Shown here piece by piece: positions 38,285 through 48,382 of a stretch of DNA of 48,637 nt. Positions within the stretch are counted from its first letter, which is position 1. Each line of letters begins with the position of its first letter. The position numbers were made by a program, and so were the translations under genes. The notes beneath the pieces were generated by a model that had not been told where the DNA came from, made no database searches, and saw only the letters and a program-made list of their open reading frames with translations. The stretch is from Desulfobacteria bacterium (GTDB lineage Archaea > Halobacteriota > Syntropharchaeia > Alkanophagales > Methanospirareceae): contig DATKXZ010000023.1 of assembly GCA_035528755.1 (NCBI GenBank), forward strand, positions 1-48,637. The letters are read 5' to 3'.

Positions 38285-38832
38285 TTCGCCCTCTTATAGT
38301 TCGCCTCTTTCATATCCACGATAAAAGATTCTCCTGCTAAATGACATAATAAGTTCGCTTTTTCCACGTCAAGCCGCCCTGCTTCCTTCCAGAACTCGTC
38401 CTTCACTTCCGCAGTCACGACTCTTCCCGTTATCCAGATATGATCGCCCAATTCAACGGTATTTTCAAGTGTGCACTCCATCCACGCGAGCGCTTCTTTT
38501 ATCCTCGGCGGCTTTACCACCTTCGATTCTTCTTCCGTTAATCCCGCATGCGCTATCTCGTTATCCTCGTAGGGGTAGTCAGTTTCTAGAATATGCAAGA
38601 TTCCCGCGAGGTCTTTTCCCACTATGTTCACCACGAACTCGCCGTTCACCTGGATGTTCCGCCACGTATCGTGCGCAGGATTGCAGGAAAAGCCGTACAA
38701 AGGCGGTTCGAAGCTTATCGGCGAATTGAAGCTGAAAGGCGCGGCATTCGGTATACCTCGCTCCGAGATCGTTGTAATCACCACTGCTGTCCGAACAAGC
38801 AACTTCGGGAATGCTTTCGGTTCAAGTTCCAT
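38281..38832 (-). CDS. Flavin reductase-like (FMN-binding split-barrel) protein.
   Basis: Reads [32 protein letters not shown]. The stop overlaps the argG start (ATGA). Confidence 0.7.
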
Positions 38833-38946
38833 CTTTCAACACCCAGCCAGTATTCCAATCTAATTAAACCCTCAATTCGCGCGAGCGGTTATAAGCTTTC
38901 TGTTATTTCGCTTCCTCGGGAAATTTGTCTGATAAAAAACCGCAAA

Positions 38947-39468
38947 TTAGGCAGCCACCAACTCTTCGCCTTTATCAATAACAATCTTACACGGTGTCGG
39001 CAGCTTATAACTCGCCCGTTTCAGAGCTTCCTTCGCCTTGTCCACATTGTCCTCTTCGACCGTGACGGTGAGCATCTTCTGCCCTCTCTTCACCCTCGCT
39101 GCCGTTCCGATCGCTTTCCCAAACGCATGTCTCATGCCGCTCGATACACGATCTGCTCCTGCTCCAGTCGCTAATTTGTTCTCCCGCAGCACGTGGTGCG
39201 GATACAGCCGAATCTTCAAGTGAAAATTATTTCGCCCTACACCATTCACCAGATACCTATTCGCGAATATCCGTGCGGCTTCCAACGCATTGTGCCGTAT
39301 CTGACACGCCTCCTTTGCAACTAAGGATAAAGAGACCGGAAAATCCGCACTGAGATTGCCCATATCGAAGATGGTTATCTTGCTTCCCGGAACTCCACCC
39401 ATATATTTCCGTCGCACATACGCAGGTCCTGATACTTTCGTGTACATCCGAGCTGGCTTTCTACTCAT
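38947..39468 (-). CDS. rpl10e: 50S ribosomal protein L10e (uL16).
   Basis: Reads [31 protein letters not shown]...[13 protein letters not shown]. Confidence 0.9.
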   Translation of the reverse strand: MSRKPARMYTKVSGPAYVRRKYMGGVPGSKITIFDMGNLSADFPVSLSLVAKEACQIRHNALEAARIFANRYLVNGVGRNNFHLKIRLYPHHVLRENKLATGAGADRVSSGMRHAFGKAIGTAARVKRGQKMLTVTVEEDNVDKAKEALKRASYKLPTPCKIVIDKGEELVAA

Positions 39469-39502
39469 GGTTTCTTACTATTTATTCAATCTAAGTTCCT
39501 GT

Positions 39503-40015
39503 TTAAAAACCTTTTTTCAAGATGAGCGAGGGATACCCCAAGTACGGGACTCGCGCTTTCGCTACGGCAACCACCCATTCGGGCTTCACCGGCTCCACAC
39601 CCAGCATTGGCTGGTCATAGCCGGAATTGTTATCGCCCTTCGTTATGTAGCCGGCGTGCGGAGCGGGTTTTCCATTAGGCATTGCCTCTCCTTGCTCCAC
39701 CCAATACATCGCCCGGTGTATTATCGGCGTTGCAGACGAGAGCCCATTCGGGCGGTATATAATCACGTTACCGTAATTGTTGAATGTTGTATAATCGAGC
39801 TGCTGCCCCTCTCCGTATGTTGTGATAGTAGTGCGGTGCGGTGCTTGCACGAAGATCAGATCGCCAACCTGCATATTCGGCTCCATGCTCCCTGACTCAA
39901 CCGCAAAGCCTATATGCCACGAGCCCGTGGCTGCGTATGCGACCGAAACGATAAGAACGACGATTACCAGCGCCTCCACCAGGCTCTTCCCCAGTTCTAT
40001 CAATGCTTTCTTCAT
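39503..40015 (-). CDS. Archaeal-type signal peptidase I (S26B).
   Basis: N-terminal TM segment, then VESGSMEPNMQVGDLIFV (catalytic Ser) and ...PIIHRAM. Confidence 0.8.
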   Translation of the reverse strand: MKKALIELGKSLVEALVIVVLIVSVAYAATGSWHIGFAVESGSMEPNMQVGDLIFVQAPHRTTITTYGEGQQLDYTTFNNYGNVIIYRPNGLSSATPIIHRAMYWVEQGEAMPNGKPAPHAGYITKGDNNSGYDQPMLGVEPVKPEWVVAVAKARVPYLGYPSLILKKGF

Positions 40016-40246
40016 CTCTCTTCTCCCAACTTTCGGTCAGTCGCTCGTTCGTTATATCATGTATATTGTAGATCCCAGTAATTAAAGAAAAGAGGAATGC
40101 AGTGCAATAGGAATGCCATCCTCTGGCCTCCACACCGACCTTGACTTTCGAGCCCGCTGAAACATAAATAAGGAAAGTTCCAAAAAGTTTATTACGCTTT
40201 GGTTCAGTTAACAATTCAATTTAACTTCTTACGTACGAAACGAAAG

Positions 40247-41326
40247 ATGAACGCTGCCACCGGATTTGTCTATCACGAGGATTACTTGCGACACGACACG
40301 GGGTACCACGAAGATTACGTGCCACATATCGACACGGGGTATCATCCTGAGAGTGCAGAACGGCTGATAAGCATAATGCGAGGTATGGAAGAGCGCAATC
40401 TAAAGAAGAAGATAGAAAGGATACTCCCCGTGCGAGCCTCACGCGAGCAAATAGAATACGTGCATACGGCCGCTTATGTGAAGAAAGTAGAAGCGCTCTG
40501 TAAGAGCGGCGGTGGCATGCTCGACCCCGATACGCCATTGTGCAGTGCTACGTACGATATTGCGTTACTCGCCGCGGGCGGGTTGATAAAAGCGGTCGAC
40601 GAAGTAATGGATGAATCGAACGAGCTGAGGCGTATATTTGCGCTGGTTCGGCCACCCGGGCATCATGCTAACTCGAATAGCGGACGGGGTTTCTGCATAT
40701 TTAACAACGTTGCGATTGCTGCTGAGCAATTAAAGCGGGAATACGGTGCTAAACGCATTTTGATTGTTGACTGGGATGTGCATCATGGCAATGGCACGCA
40801 GGAGGTGTTCTTCGAGGACCCTTCGGTTTTGTATTTCTCCACACATCAATATCCGCACTATCCCGGCACCGGATGGATAAATGAAGTAGGTAAAGGAGAT
40901 GGAGAGGGTTTCACCGTTAACGTCCCGCTGCCTATCGGTACGGGCGATGCGGGCTACGTATATGCACTCACCAGTATTTTAATGCCGATAGCCCGGGAGT
41001 TCCGTCCGGATTTTGTGCTCGTATCCTCGGGTTTTGATGCGCATGCTGCCGACCCGTTGGCCTCAATGGCCGTGACATCCAAGGGGTTTGGATTATTCAC
41101 GGACGTGGTAATGGCGATAGCGAACGAGCTGTGTAAGGGACGGGTCGTCATTGCATTGGAAGGGGGCTACGATCTGAACGGGATCGCTGAATCTGCTCTC
41201 GCCGTTTTCGATTCGCTTATAGCCGGCGACGGAGAATTGAAATCCCGTGTGGTTAGTGTGAGTGAGCGAGTGGTGGAAAGGATAAGGGAGATAAAGGAAG
41301 TCCAGAAGGATTATTGGAGCTTATGA
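40247..41326 (+). CDS. Histone deacetylase/acetoin-utilisation (AcuC) family deacetylase.
   Basis: Reads RPPGHHA......GFC.FNN.AIAA...DWDVHHGNGTQ...STHQYPHYPGTG...SSGFDAH..DPL. The ATG at 40247 is chosen over the track start at 40199. Confidence 0.88.
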   Translation: MNAATGFVYHEDYLRHDTGYHEDYVPHIDTGYHPESAERLISIMRGMEERNLKKKIERILPVRASREQIEYVHTAAYVKKVEALCKSGGGMLDPDTPLCSATYDIALLAAGGLIKAVDEVMDESNELRRIFALVRPPGHHANSNSGRGFCIFNNVAIAAEQLKREYGAKRILIVDWDVHHGNGTQEVFFEDPSVLYFSTHQYPHYPGTGWINEVGKGDGEGFTVNVPLPIGTGDAGYVYALTSILMPIAREFRPDFVLVSSGFDAHAADPLASMAVTSKGFGLFTDVVMAIANELCKGRVVIALEGGYDLNGIAESALAVFDSLIAGDGELKSRVVSVSERVVERIREIKEVQKDYWSL

Positions 41327-41341
41327 CTGAGTATTCAGACC

Positions 41342-42919
41342 ATGTTGAATCGACGGAGTGATGAGGGGGAGGTCCCAGAAATGAAGGATGATGAGGTGGA
41401 GGTAAGCAAAAAGGAAGGATGTGGAATCACGGGCATCGCGTTAACCCACGGAGATGTCGCCTTGCCCATCTATTATGCGCTCTACGCGTTACAACATCGG
41501 GGGCAGGAATCGGCAGGTATAGCAGTGAGTAACGGTGCACACACCGGGATAGAAAGCGAGATAAAGGAAACGGAGCAGGAGGATATAAGACTGACAAAGG
41601 CTATGGGGTACGTTTATGAAGTGTTCTCGCCAAAACGATTAGAATCGCTGAAGGGCTCTATTGGCATCGGCCATGTTCGGTATTCCACGGTAGGTGCGTC
41701 AAAAGCCGAGAATACCGAACCTCTGCTCGTCAATTACAAGAAAGGAAAGATGGCTATAGCGTTTAACGGCAGTCTGGTCAACGCGGAGGCGTTACGACGC
41801 TCGTTAGAGAAGGAGGGTCGGATATCCCATTCTGATACCGACACGGAGGTGATAGCACAGCTCCTCGCGAAGGAATTGATGAGACGTAATCCAATAGAAG
41901 CGATCAAGGAAGTGATGAAATGCGTGATAGGGTCCTATTCGTTGGTTATTCTGATGAATAATACGGTAATAGCGGTGAGGGACCCGTTGGGCATTAAACC
42001 GCTGTGCTTCGGCGAGCTAAAAGACGGAAATGGCGGAACAACTAATTCCGGGTATATAATAGCCTCAGAAAGTCCTGCGATAGATACGTTAGGCGGGACT
42101 TTGATACGCGATGTGCGACCCGGTGAAGTACTGATGATTAACCCCCAGCAGGGCTTACCAAATCGTGGAACTGCGCCCAAAAACGTCGTTACTTTCGATT
42201 CTCAGCAGTTATACCGTGGAGTCAATAGTGCCCATTGTGTTTTTGAATATGTCTATTTCGCGAGGCCGGATTCCGTATTAGACGGGCGATTGGTCTATGA
42301 TGTGCGGTTGAAGATAGGAGAGCGCCTGGCAGAGGAGCATGGCGTTGACGCGGACATCGTATCGCCCGTTCCTGATTCTGGCATAACGTACGCTATCGGC
42401 TACGCGAAACGCTCCGGAATCGATTATATGGAGGGTTTTATAAAGAACCGCTACGTAGGCAGGACGTTTATCATGCCGGAGCAAACGTCTCGTGATCTTG
42501 CCGTGCGACTGAAATTAAACGTCGTGCGAGCGAACGTAGAAGGAAAACGAGTTGTGCTGGTGGATGACAGCATCGTCCGGGGGACCACCTCGAGGAGAAT
42601 CGTGGACTATGTGAAGAAGAAAGGCGCGAAGGAAGTGCATCTGCGAATCGGGAGTTCACCCATAATAGCGCCGTGCTACCTTGGCATTGACACGCCGACG
42701 CGTAAGGATTTAGTAGCCTGGGAGAGGAGCCTCGATGAGATAGCGGCATTTTTGAACGCCGATTCGGTACGGTATGTAAGCATGGAAGGATTGATGGATG
42801 CTGTTGGTATAGACGCGAACAATCTGTGCCTTGGTTGTCTCACGGGCAAGTATCCCGTGGAAATACCCGGTGAAACGTGCATAGCGCGACAGTTGAGACT
42901 CACGCAATTCGAGCGATAG
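41342..42919 (+). CDS. purF: Amidophosphoribosyltransferase (glutamine PRPP amidotransferase) with an N-terminal propeptide.
   Basis: Has CGITGI (Ntn Cys after the propeptide), LQHRGQESAGI, GIGHVRYST, VLVDDSIVRGTT and C-terminal Cys ligands. An alternative ATG lies at 41381. Confidence 0.9.
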   Translation: MLNRRSDEGEVPEMKDDEVEVSKKEGCGITGIALTHGDVALPIYYALYALQHRGQESAGIAVSNGAHTGIESEIKETEQEDIRLTKAMGYVYEVFSPKRLESLKGSIGIGHVRYSTVGASKAENTEPLLVNYKKGKMAIAFNGSLVNAEALRRSLEKEGRISHSDTDTEVIAQLLAKELMRRNPIEAIKEVMKCVIGSYSLVILMNNTVIAVRDPLGIKPLCFGELKDGNGGTTNSGYIIASESPAIDTLGGTLIRDVRPGEVLMINPQQGLPNRGTAPKNVVTFDSQQLYRGVNSAHCVFEYVYFARPDSVLDGRLVYDVRLKIGERLAEEHGVDADIVSPVPDSGITYAIGYAKRSGIDYMEGFIKNRYVGRTFIMPEQTSRDLAVRLKLNVVRANVEGKRVVLVDDSIVRGTTSRRIVDYVKKKGAKEVHLRIGSSPIIAPCYLGIDTPTRKDLVAWERSLDEIAAFLNADSVRYVSMEGLMDAVGIDANNLCLGCLTGKYPVEIPGETCIARQLRLTQFER

Positions 42920-42969
42920 TTTTATATGCTATAAGTGAATAATGCTATTAGTAGAGGGGAGAGAGAAGA

Positions 42970-44115
42970 GTGGGGTCTAAAACTAAGATACTTATCATTT
43001 GTGTAGACCGCGATAATGACATCGGAGAGAAAGCTGGTTTAGAGACACCCATTATAGGCAGAGAGGCACTTGTATCTGCGGCAACGAATTTGGCTCTCGC
43101 TGATTCCGAAGAGTCGGACATCAATGCGATATTTGAAGCGGTTCGAATTTATGAACGGCTAACCGCAAGTGAAGAAGACGCTGAGGTAGAAGTCGTTTTA
43201 ATCGCAGGCGATAAGATTGTCGGCGTAGAGTCCGATAGGAGAATAGGACAACGACTTGATGACGTTCTCTCCAAATTCAGGGCGGAATCTGCAATTCTCG
43301 TGAGTGATGGTGCAGAGGACGAATGGATTATCCCCATTATCCAGTCGCGCGTGCGGATTGACTCTGTCCGGCGAGTGGTGGTAAAGCAGAGTGAACCTTT
43401 GGAGAACACGTTTTATGTGTTCAAGCGGTTGTTAGAGGATCCAAAGTTTTCGCGCACCTTTTTGCCACCAATAGGCCTTATCATGTTCCTTTTAGCCGTT
43501 TCGCTACTGCTGAACCTCTCAGGTAAAGCGCTGGGACTGATCCTTGGTGTGATAGGCATATACACCCTGTTAAAGGGTTTGGGACGTGAGAATCTGATAA
43601 TGGAGTTCGCGGAAAGCGTGAAACAGTCCTTATATAGCGGTAAGATCTCGTTCGTCACGTACATAGTGGCAATTGTGCTCTTCTTAGCCGGCACCTATCA
43701 AGGAATTGTCGGCTATACCCAACCGGAAGGCGAAATAGAAAAACAGATCGTGTTGGGTTTGGTGAACTACGTTAAGTTCAGTATCTGGTGGTATATCGGA
43801 GCTGCACTCGCTCCGCTCATTGGCAAGATGATGAGCATGCTGATAGAAGGCGAAAAAATAGTGCGGCATTGGGCGATAGTATTTTCTGTCATTGCTTCTG
43901 GGGTGATTCTCTGGGGGGGAAGCGACGCTATAATCTGGTTAAGCAAGGATAATCCCCCTATGGGTTATATCACGCTCTTCTTCTCCATCCTCGGCGCTGT
44001 CTTTCTATCGTTTATAGGCGTGAAGATTTCGTTATATATGAAAGGTACGACAATAAAAGACGATAAAGAGGGCGAGACGCGAATAGAACCCGAGGAGAGC
44101 GTGATACGAGATTGA
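42970..44115 (+). CDS. Archaeal integral membrane protein with a cytoplasmic N-terminal domain (DUF373-like).
   Basis: Reads KILIICVDRDNDIGEKAG..TPIIGR...A.NLALADSEESD.NAIF.A, followed by about six TM helices. GTG start. Confidence 0.6.
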   Translation: MGSKTKILIICVDRDNDIGEKAGLETPIIGREALVSAATNLALADSEESDINAIFEAVRIYERLTASEEDAEVEVVLIAGDKIVGVESDRRIGQRLDDVLSKFRAESAILVSDGAEDEWIIPIIQSRVRIDSVRRVVVKQSEPLENTFYVFKRLLEDPKFSRTFLPPIGLIMFLLAVSLLLNLSGKALGLILGVIGIYTLLKGLGRENLIMEFAESVKQSLYSGKISFVTYIVAIVLFLAGTYQGIVGYTQPEGEIEKQIVLGLVNYVKFSIWWYIGAALAPLIGKMMSMLIEGEKIVRHWAIVFSVIASGVILWGGSDAIIWLSKDNPPMGYITLFFSILGAVFLSFIGVKISLYMKGTTIKDDKEGETRIEPEESVIRD

Positions 44116-44188
44116 TGAGCGTGCATTGTTAGACGAAAATGACATTAGGGCATTAATTGGCTTCTAAGCTAAGGTTATTGTGGAGAAT

Positions 44189-45184
44189 ATGATATTTCTG
44201 GTAATGGGTGCCGGAGCGCTTGGTGGGCAGCGCATTTGGCGGTATGTTAGCCAGTGCAGGACATGACGTTACGCTCATTGGCAGAGAGCGATACATGCGG
44301 CCTATAAGATAAGAGATCGCGGCCTCAGAATCACCGGGATATGTATGGGGCACGCACGTCGTCAAAGACCTACGAGCGTTGTCAGAACGCGAAGGAGTGG
44401 ATTACGAACCTGAGGTGATTTTTTTTGTTAACCACAAAGTCGTTTGATACAAAACCTGCGATGACGGCGCTGCAGCCGCTTATTTCTGACGCTACGGATT
44501 CGGTAGTTATCAGCTTGCAGAATGGGATAGGCAATGAAGAGCGGATAGCACGGTACGTTGGATAGGCCCGTACACTTGGGCGGGATGTGCTGTGCATAAC
44601 CGGTTTTGAGATACCGCAGCCGGGCACGGTGGAAGTGACCGTTGCTGCGGATACCACGAAAATCGGTGAACTCAACAACAAAATCACGCCGCGATTGCGA
44701 GAAATTGTTACGGTTTTCAACGAGGCGGGGATACCCTCAAATGCCGTGGATAATATTCAGATGTACATCTAGGGTAAAGCCTTCCTAGTACAGTGCCGCG
44801 TTAAATCCACTCAGTGCGATCTCCCGAGTGCCTTATGGCGAATTAGCGCAGCCCCAGGCCTTTGCGATTGTTGAGGCTTTAGTAATGCACGAGGCTTTTG
44901 CCGTTGCCGATGCGGAGAACGTAACACTATTTTGGGAGCGGGCAGAAGAATACCTGGAGTATCTACGACGTAAACATATACCTGATACTGGAAAGCACCA
45001 CTCCTCAATGCTCAATGACATCGAACGGGGAAGAAAGACCGAGATAGATTTTGTAAACGGAAATTTTGTAGAGCTTGGGAAGAAGCATCAGATACCGACA
45101 CCCGTAAACGATACCATCGTCAGATTGATTAAATTTTTGGAAGCACGGGGGGGGGAGATAAACGATAGGACCGCCAAGTCATAG
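44189..45184 (+). pseudogene. panE: 2-dehydropantoate 2-reductase (PanE/ApbA) pseudogene with several frameshifts and two in-frame TAG codons.
   Basis: Family segments are scattered over all three frames: MIFLVMGAGALGG | SAFGGMLASAGHDVTLIGRE | DRGLRITGI | TTKSFDTKPAMTALQPLISDATDSVVISLQNGIGNEERIARYVG*ARTLGG...IQMYI*GKAF | VPYGELAQPQAF...KHHSSMLNDIERGRKTEIDFVNG...PTPVND. The second TAG replaces the conserved Trp. Confidence 0.85.
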
Positions 45185-45338
45185 AAGCAAAATCATACGC
45201 CCGAACGCCCGCCAATCCACAACGGTCATCCTATTGTGCGATCGGTTCGTGATATTACGAAATGTTCGATAGTTATGTAATATTAAAATTAGAAGCTTAT
45301 ATATATTACGTCAGGCATTATTTATTACAGAATGTAAG

Positions 45339-45923
45339 ATGAAAGCGGAGGGAAACAAGATGGATGCGTACTTGGAAGCACGGTCTTATGAGCGTGAGGC
45401 GCGAGAGGAAGAGAAGAAGAGCAGTTATGAGGGTGCAATCGCACTGTGGAGAAGATATGCTGAGATAAAGGAGAGTAAGGGCAGCTACTTCTTGTGTATG
45501 TACGGCTATTTCAATGCCGCTCGGATTTGCGATACGATCCAGCGCTGGAAGGACGCAGCAGAGCTTTTTGAGCGTGCATCCGCGTTCGCAGAGCGACTCG
45601 GTGAGCGCTCGCTATGGGCGTTCTTTATGAACATGGCATGTCAGATGCATGAGAAGGAGGGGGACTATGAGGCTTGCAAGGACCGTTACGAGACCATTGG
45701 TAATTTCTTCTTTGCGCAGGATAACTTCTTCGGCGCTGCAGATGCGTACGAACATGCCGCGGAGGTTATGTCGCTCGCCGGTGAAGACATCTCGGATTAT
45801 GACGTGCCCGTAGATGCGTGGCGAAAGAACTATGAATATTGGAAAGAGCAAGGCGAGATGGACGACGCCGAGTGGAGTTTAAAGCGAATAGACACGTATC
45901 GCACCATCCAAAACAAAGTTTAA
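45339..45923 (+). CDS. Hypothetical all-helical (TPR/SNAP-like) protein.
   Basis: 194-aa ORF with repeating A..Y..AA helical-hairpin patterns. An AT-rich TATA-containing leader lies upstream. Confidence 0.5.
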   Translation: MKAEGNKMDAYLEARSYEREAREEEKKSSYEGAIALWRRYAEIKESKGSYFLCMYGYFNAARICDTIQRWKDAAELFERASAFAERLGERSLWAFFMNMACQMHEKEGDYEACKDRYETIGNFFFAQDNFFGAADAYEHAAEVMSLAGEDISDYDVPVDAWRKNYEYWKEQGEMDDAEWSLKRIDTYRTIQNKV

Positions 45924-45960
45924 AATTAGAACTCAAGTAGGCCAAAATCCCGAGCGCGGG

Positions 45961-46899
45961 CTATTTAACAACGGCCTCATCTATTAGCGTATCGAATTTG
46001 AGCTTCTTATCCCATCCCGCACGCTCAAAGATGTTCATGAACCCCACGCCGATGACTTTCGGTTTCTTCTCTCCGGATAGCTCTTCAATCAAACGAGTGA
46101 CATCCTCTGGCGAGCATCCAAACTTTGGCAGCGCCAGCCCGCCAAGCACCACAATCGCATCAGGATTTTTCGGATCCGCCTTTTCATCTACAACGCTATA
46201 CCCTATGTGTTCTATCTCCTTTATCCGCCTTGCCTCATTCGCATCAGCTCTCGGCACATATAACATCTTAAAACCCCGATCTCTTACCGTGTAAGCGAGC
46301 AATTCGATAAATGGTGTGCATACTGCTACAGAACCTGTAAACACCACTTTAGACCCATAGTTTAGGTCTGCTATGCTATTTCTAAATGCTCCCGTGAAAT
46401 CTACTATCCCGTTTCTCTCTCTCATTTCCTCCCCGGTTATCGCACGTGTGTTTATATCCTCGATTATACTGGAGAAGACAAGAACCATAGGATTTAATTT
46501 CTCATATTCGTTTATGAGCTCACAGCAAGTGTTTTTCACTTTTGCGTTCTCTATCTTATCCATGTTTTCCGAGAGCAGTGCAATCACCGGTTTTATGTTA
46601 TCCTCGAAAAACCGCCTCGAAAACGTGCCAAAAGCATCAGTTAAAGAGGTATTAACAAAATAACGCTTATCCCCACCCATAGAGGTTTCATTAATCATAT
46701 TCGCCATCTTCAATTTCTGCACGTTTATAGTGATCAACCCGCTGCTGTAGCCCGTGCCTTCCTCTATTTCCTTCTGTGATACGGGACAGGAATGGAGCAG
46801 TATCCAGCCCCAGACACGCCACACGGATTCTCCTAATTCCCACTGCCCCCCTATTTTCGATAACGCGTCTAATACTTCTGGCATTACAACTTCGCTCAT
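45961..46899 (-). CDS. Winged-helix (MarR/GbsR-like) N-terminal domain fused to an uncharacterised alpha/beta C-terminal domain.
   Basis: The N-terminus VWRVWGWILLHSCPVSQKEIEEGTGYSSGLITINVQKLKMANMI fits a wHTH. I cannot assign the C-terminal ~170 aa. Confidence 0.55.
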   Translation of the reverse strand: MSEVVMPEVLDALSKIGGQWELGESVWRVWGWILLHSCPVSQKEIEEGTGYSSGLITINVQKLKMANMINETSMGGDKRYFVNTSLTDAFGTFSRRFFEDNIKPVIALLSENMDKIENAKVKNTCCELINEYEKLNPMVLVFSSIIEDINTRAITGEEMRERNGIVDFTGAFRNSIADLNYGSKVVFTGSVAVCTPFIELLAYTVRDRGFKMLYVPRADANEARRIKEIEHIGYSVVDEKADPKNPDAIVVLGGLALPKFGCSPEDVTRLIEELSGEKKPKVIGVGFMNIFERAGWDKKLKFDTLIDEAVVK

Positions 46900-46992
46900 T
46901 TTTTCACCTTTTCATTGTTATTACTGAATTTGATTTAAATAGTGTGTAAATGTTATATCCTCAATCGCGTTTGTGGATGCAATTCACGTATC

Positions 46993-48348
46993 TCATCGAG
47001 AGGCCCAATCATGGAGGTTTTTCTGGTTGTTCATATTTTGTTTACAATAAGGGCAGAATTTCCACGATGCCGCAATCGAGGAATTACAGTTCGGGCATTT
47101 TTTGACCCCTATATCTGATCCACAGTGAGGGCATACATTCCAGTTCTGATCGAGATTGCTACCGCAGGAAGGGCATTTGTAAACGCTGCCATTATTATTC
47201 GTTATGCCGACTCGTGCTAAATACTCTTTGATTCGCTCATCTATCTCCTCTTTCTGTGGTGGCTTCTCGAGTACCTGTTTAATGCTCAAGGCAGGATATG
47301 CCTTCACATACGCCGCTTTTAGCCGGTTTACCGTTGCTCTCATGTACGCACTATCATACGGAAGCTTATGTCCCAGCATCTCTTCTACGTAATCCGGAGG
47401 GGCACCTTGATCCCTGAGGATAGTGGAGAACGAGGCACGTAAGGCATGTATTCCCGCAGTGTTTATTGTTCTCCCTTTTTCTTCCTCACTTATCAGCCCT
47501 GCCTTCAGTGCTACTGCTTGCATAGCTCTATTAATGCCACTTTCATAAGCCCTCACACGCTCTTTCCTGCGGCGGTTGGATTCTGATATGAAGAGAGGAG
47601 AATCTTTCTTTATGTCTTCGGGATCCAGATATCGCGACCCCTTTTTCCTGAGCTTGATATAACAGCTTAATGAATCTACCGCGTCTTCCCCTATGAAGGT
47701 ATAATATTCTATCCCCTCTTTCTCTCTCATGAGATGTAACGTAAGTGGAACTTCACCCTTTTCTAAGCCCTCAGCCACATCTCCATAGTTCAGCGAGATA
47801 AGTTCTTTCATCCCCAGCCCGCCCTGGAATGCGCACAGGATGATCGTTCTGTCCCGTAATCTCTCACAGACCGCTATCATCCGCTTCACATCTTGTGCCG
47901 ATAGGAACTTTCTGAAGTTTTCTTTTAGTTTCCGTGGTGTTGGCAAGTGCAAATTGCCAACGGGAATCTCGTTCTCTTTATAAAATACCCGTACGTCCTC
48001 AATGATCCGCCCCGCGGATCGTGGCGCCAGTCCCCGTTCTCCTTTTCTCCTCCCTCCTTTTTCGGGTATTACATAGTCAGTCCGGAGCCAGTCATAGAAC
48101 TCTTTTAACTTCAGCTCTGTCTCCTTCACGCTTACTCGTTTCGCTTCTTCTATCAGTTCGCCAGGGCTTCGCTCTCTCCAATTGCAGTATAACTTTATCA
48201 GTCGTGCGCGGTTTTCCCTGATTTTCCTGCCTCTTCCGACGATGGTTACCCGTACCTCTTTGATGTCGCTAAAAGCATAATTGTTTCTTTCGAGTTCTGC
48301 TTCTACCCGGTCCACTTCAATCGCTTTCTCAGTCACGTTGCTCATCAC
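46993..48348 (-). CDS. Tyrosine recombinase/integrase with an N-terminal SAM-like domain and a C-terminal double zinc ribbon.
   Basis: Catalytic-domain motifs: [14 protein letters not shown] (Arg-region context), HALRASFST (HxxR), [14 protein letters not shown] (His...Tyr). The C-terminus reads CPSCGS..x..CPHCGS...CPNCNS..x..CPYCKQ. GTG at 48348 or ATG at 48345. Confidence 0.85.
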   Translation of the reverse strand: MMSNVTEKAIEVDRVEAELERNNYAFSDIKEVRVTIVGRGRKIRENRARLIKLYCNWRERSPGELIEEAKRVSVKETELKLKEFYDWLRTDYVIPEKGGRRKGERGLAPRSAGRIIEDVRVFYKENEIPVGNLHLPTPRKLKENFRKFLSAQDVKRMIAVCERLRDRTIILCAFQGGLGMKELISLNYGDVAEGLEKGEVPLTLHLMREKEGIEYYTFIGEDAVDSLSCYIKLRKKGSRYLDPEDIKKDSPLFISESNRRRKERVRAYESGINRAMQAVALKAGLISEEEKGRTINTAGIHALRASFSTILRDQGAPPDYVEEMLGHKLPYDSAYMRATVNRLKAAYVKAYPALSIKQVLEKPPQKEEIDERIKEYLARVGITNNNGSVYKCPSCGSNLDQNWNVCPHCGSDIGVKKCPNCNSSIAASWKFCPYCKQNMNNQKNLHDWASR

Positions 48349-48382
48349 CTATATGGATATCTGCCTATATAAAAAGGATTGG

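Larger units (their letters stand above)
45185..48382. mobile_element. Putative terminal portion of an integrative element: integrase plus a wHTH protein and a helical orphan. The left boundary is unknown.
   Basis: An integrase lies at the extreme right. It abuts a truncated host-type gene (mcrA), with orphan genes and a decayed panE to the left. No att repeat was found within the window. Confidence 0.3.

Noticed and set aside
44560-44772. In-frame TAG codons in panE as possible pyrrolysine (amber) decoding.
   Set aside because: The gene also needs several frameshifts. One TAG replaces a conserved Trp (a single TGG-to-TAG change). PanE is not a known Pyl protein.
48353-48382. The ATG at 48353 ([10 protein letters not shown]...) as a genuine start giving a short McrA.
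   Set aside because: These codons overlap the integrase TATA region and show no McrA similarity. The result would lack about 90 conserved N-terminal residues. I kept the truncation reading, but the short form cannot be excluded without homologues.
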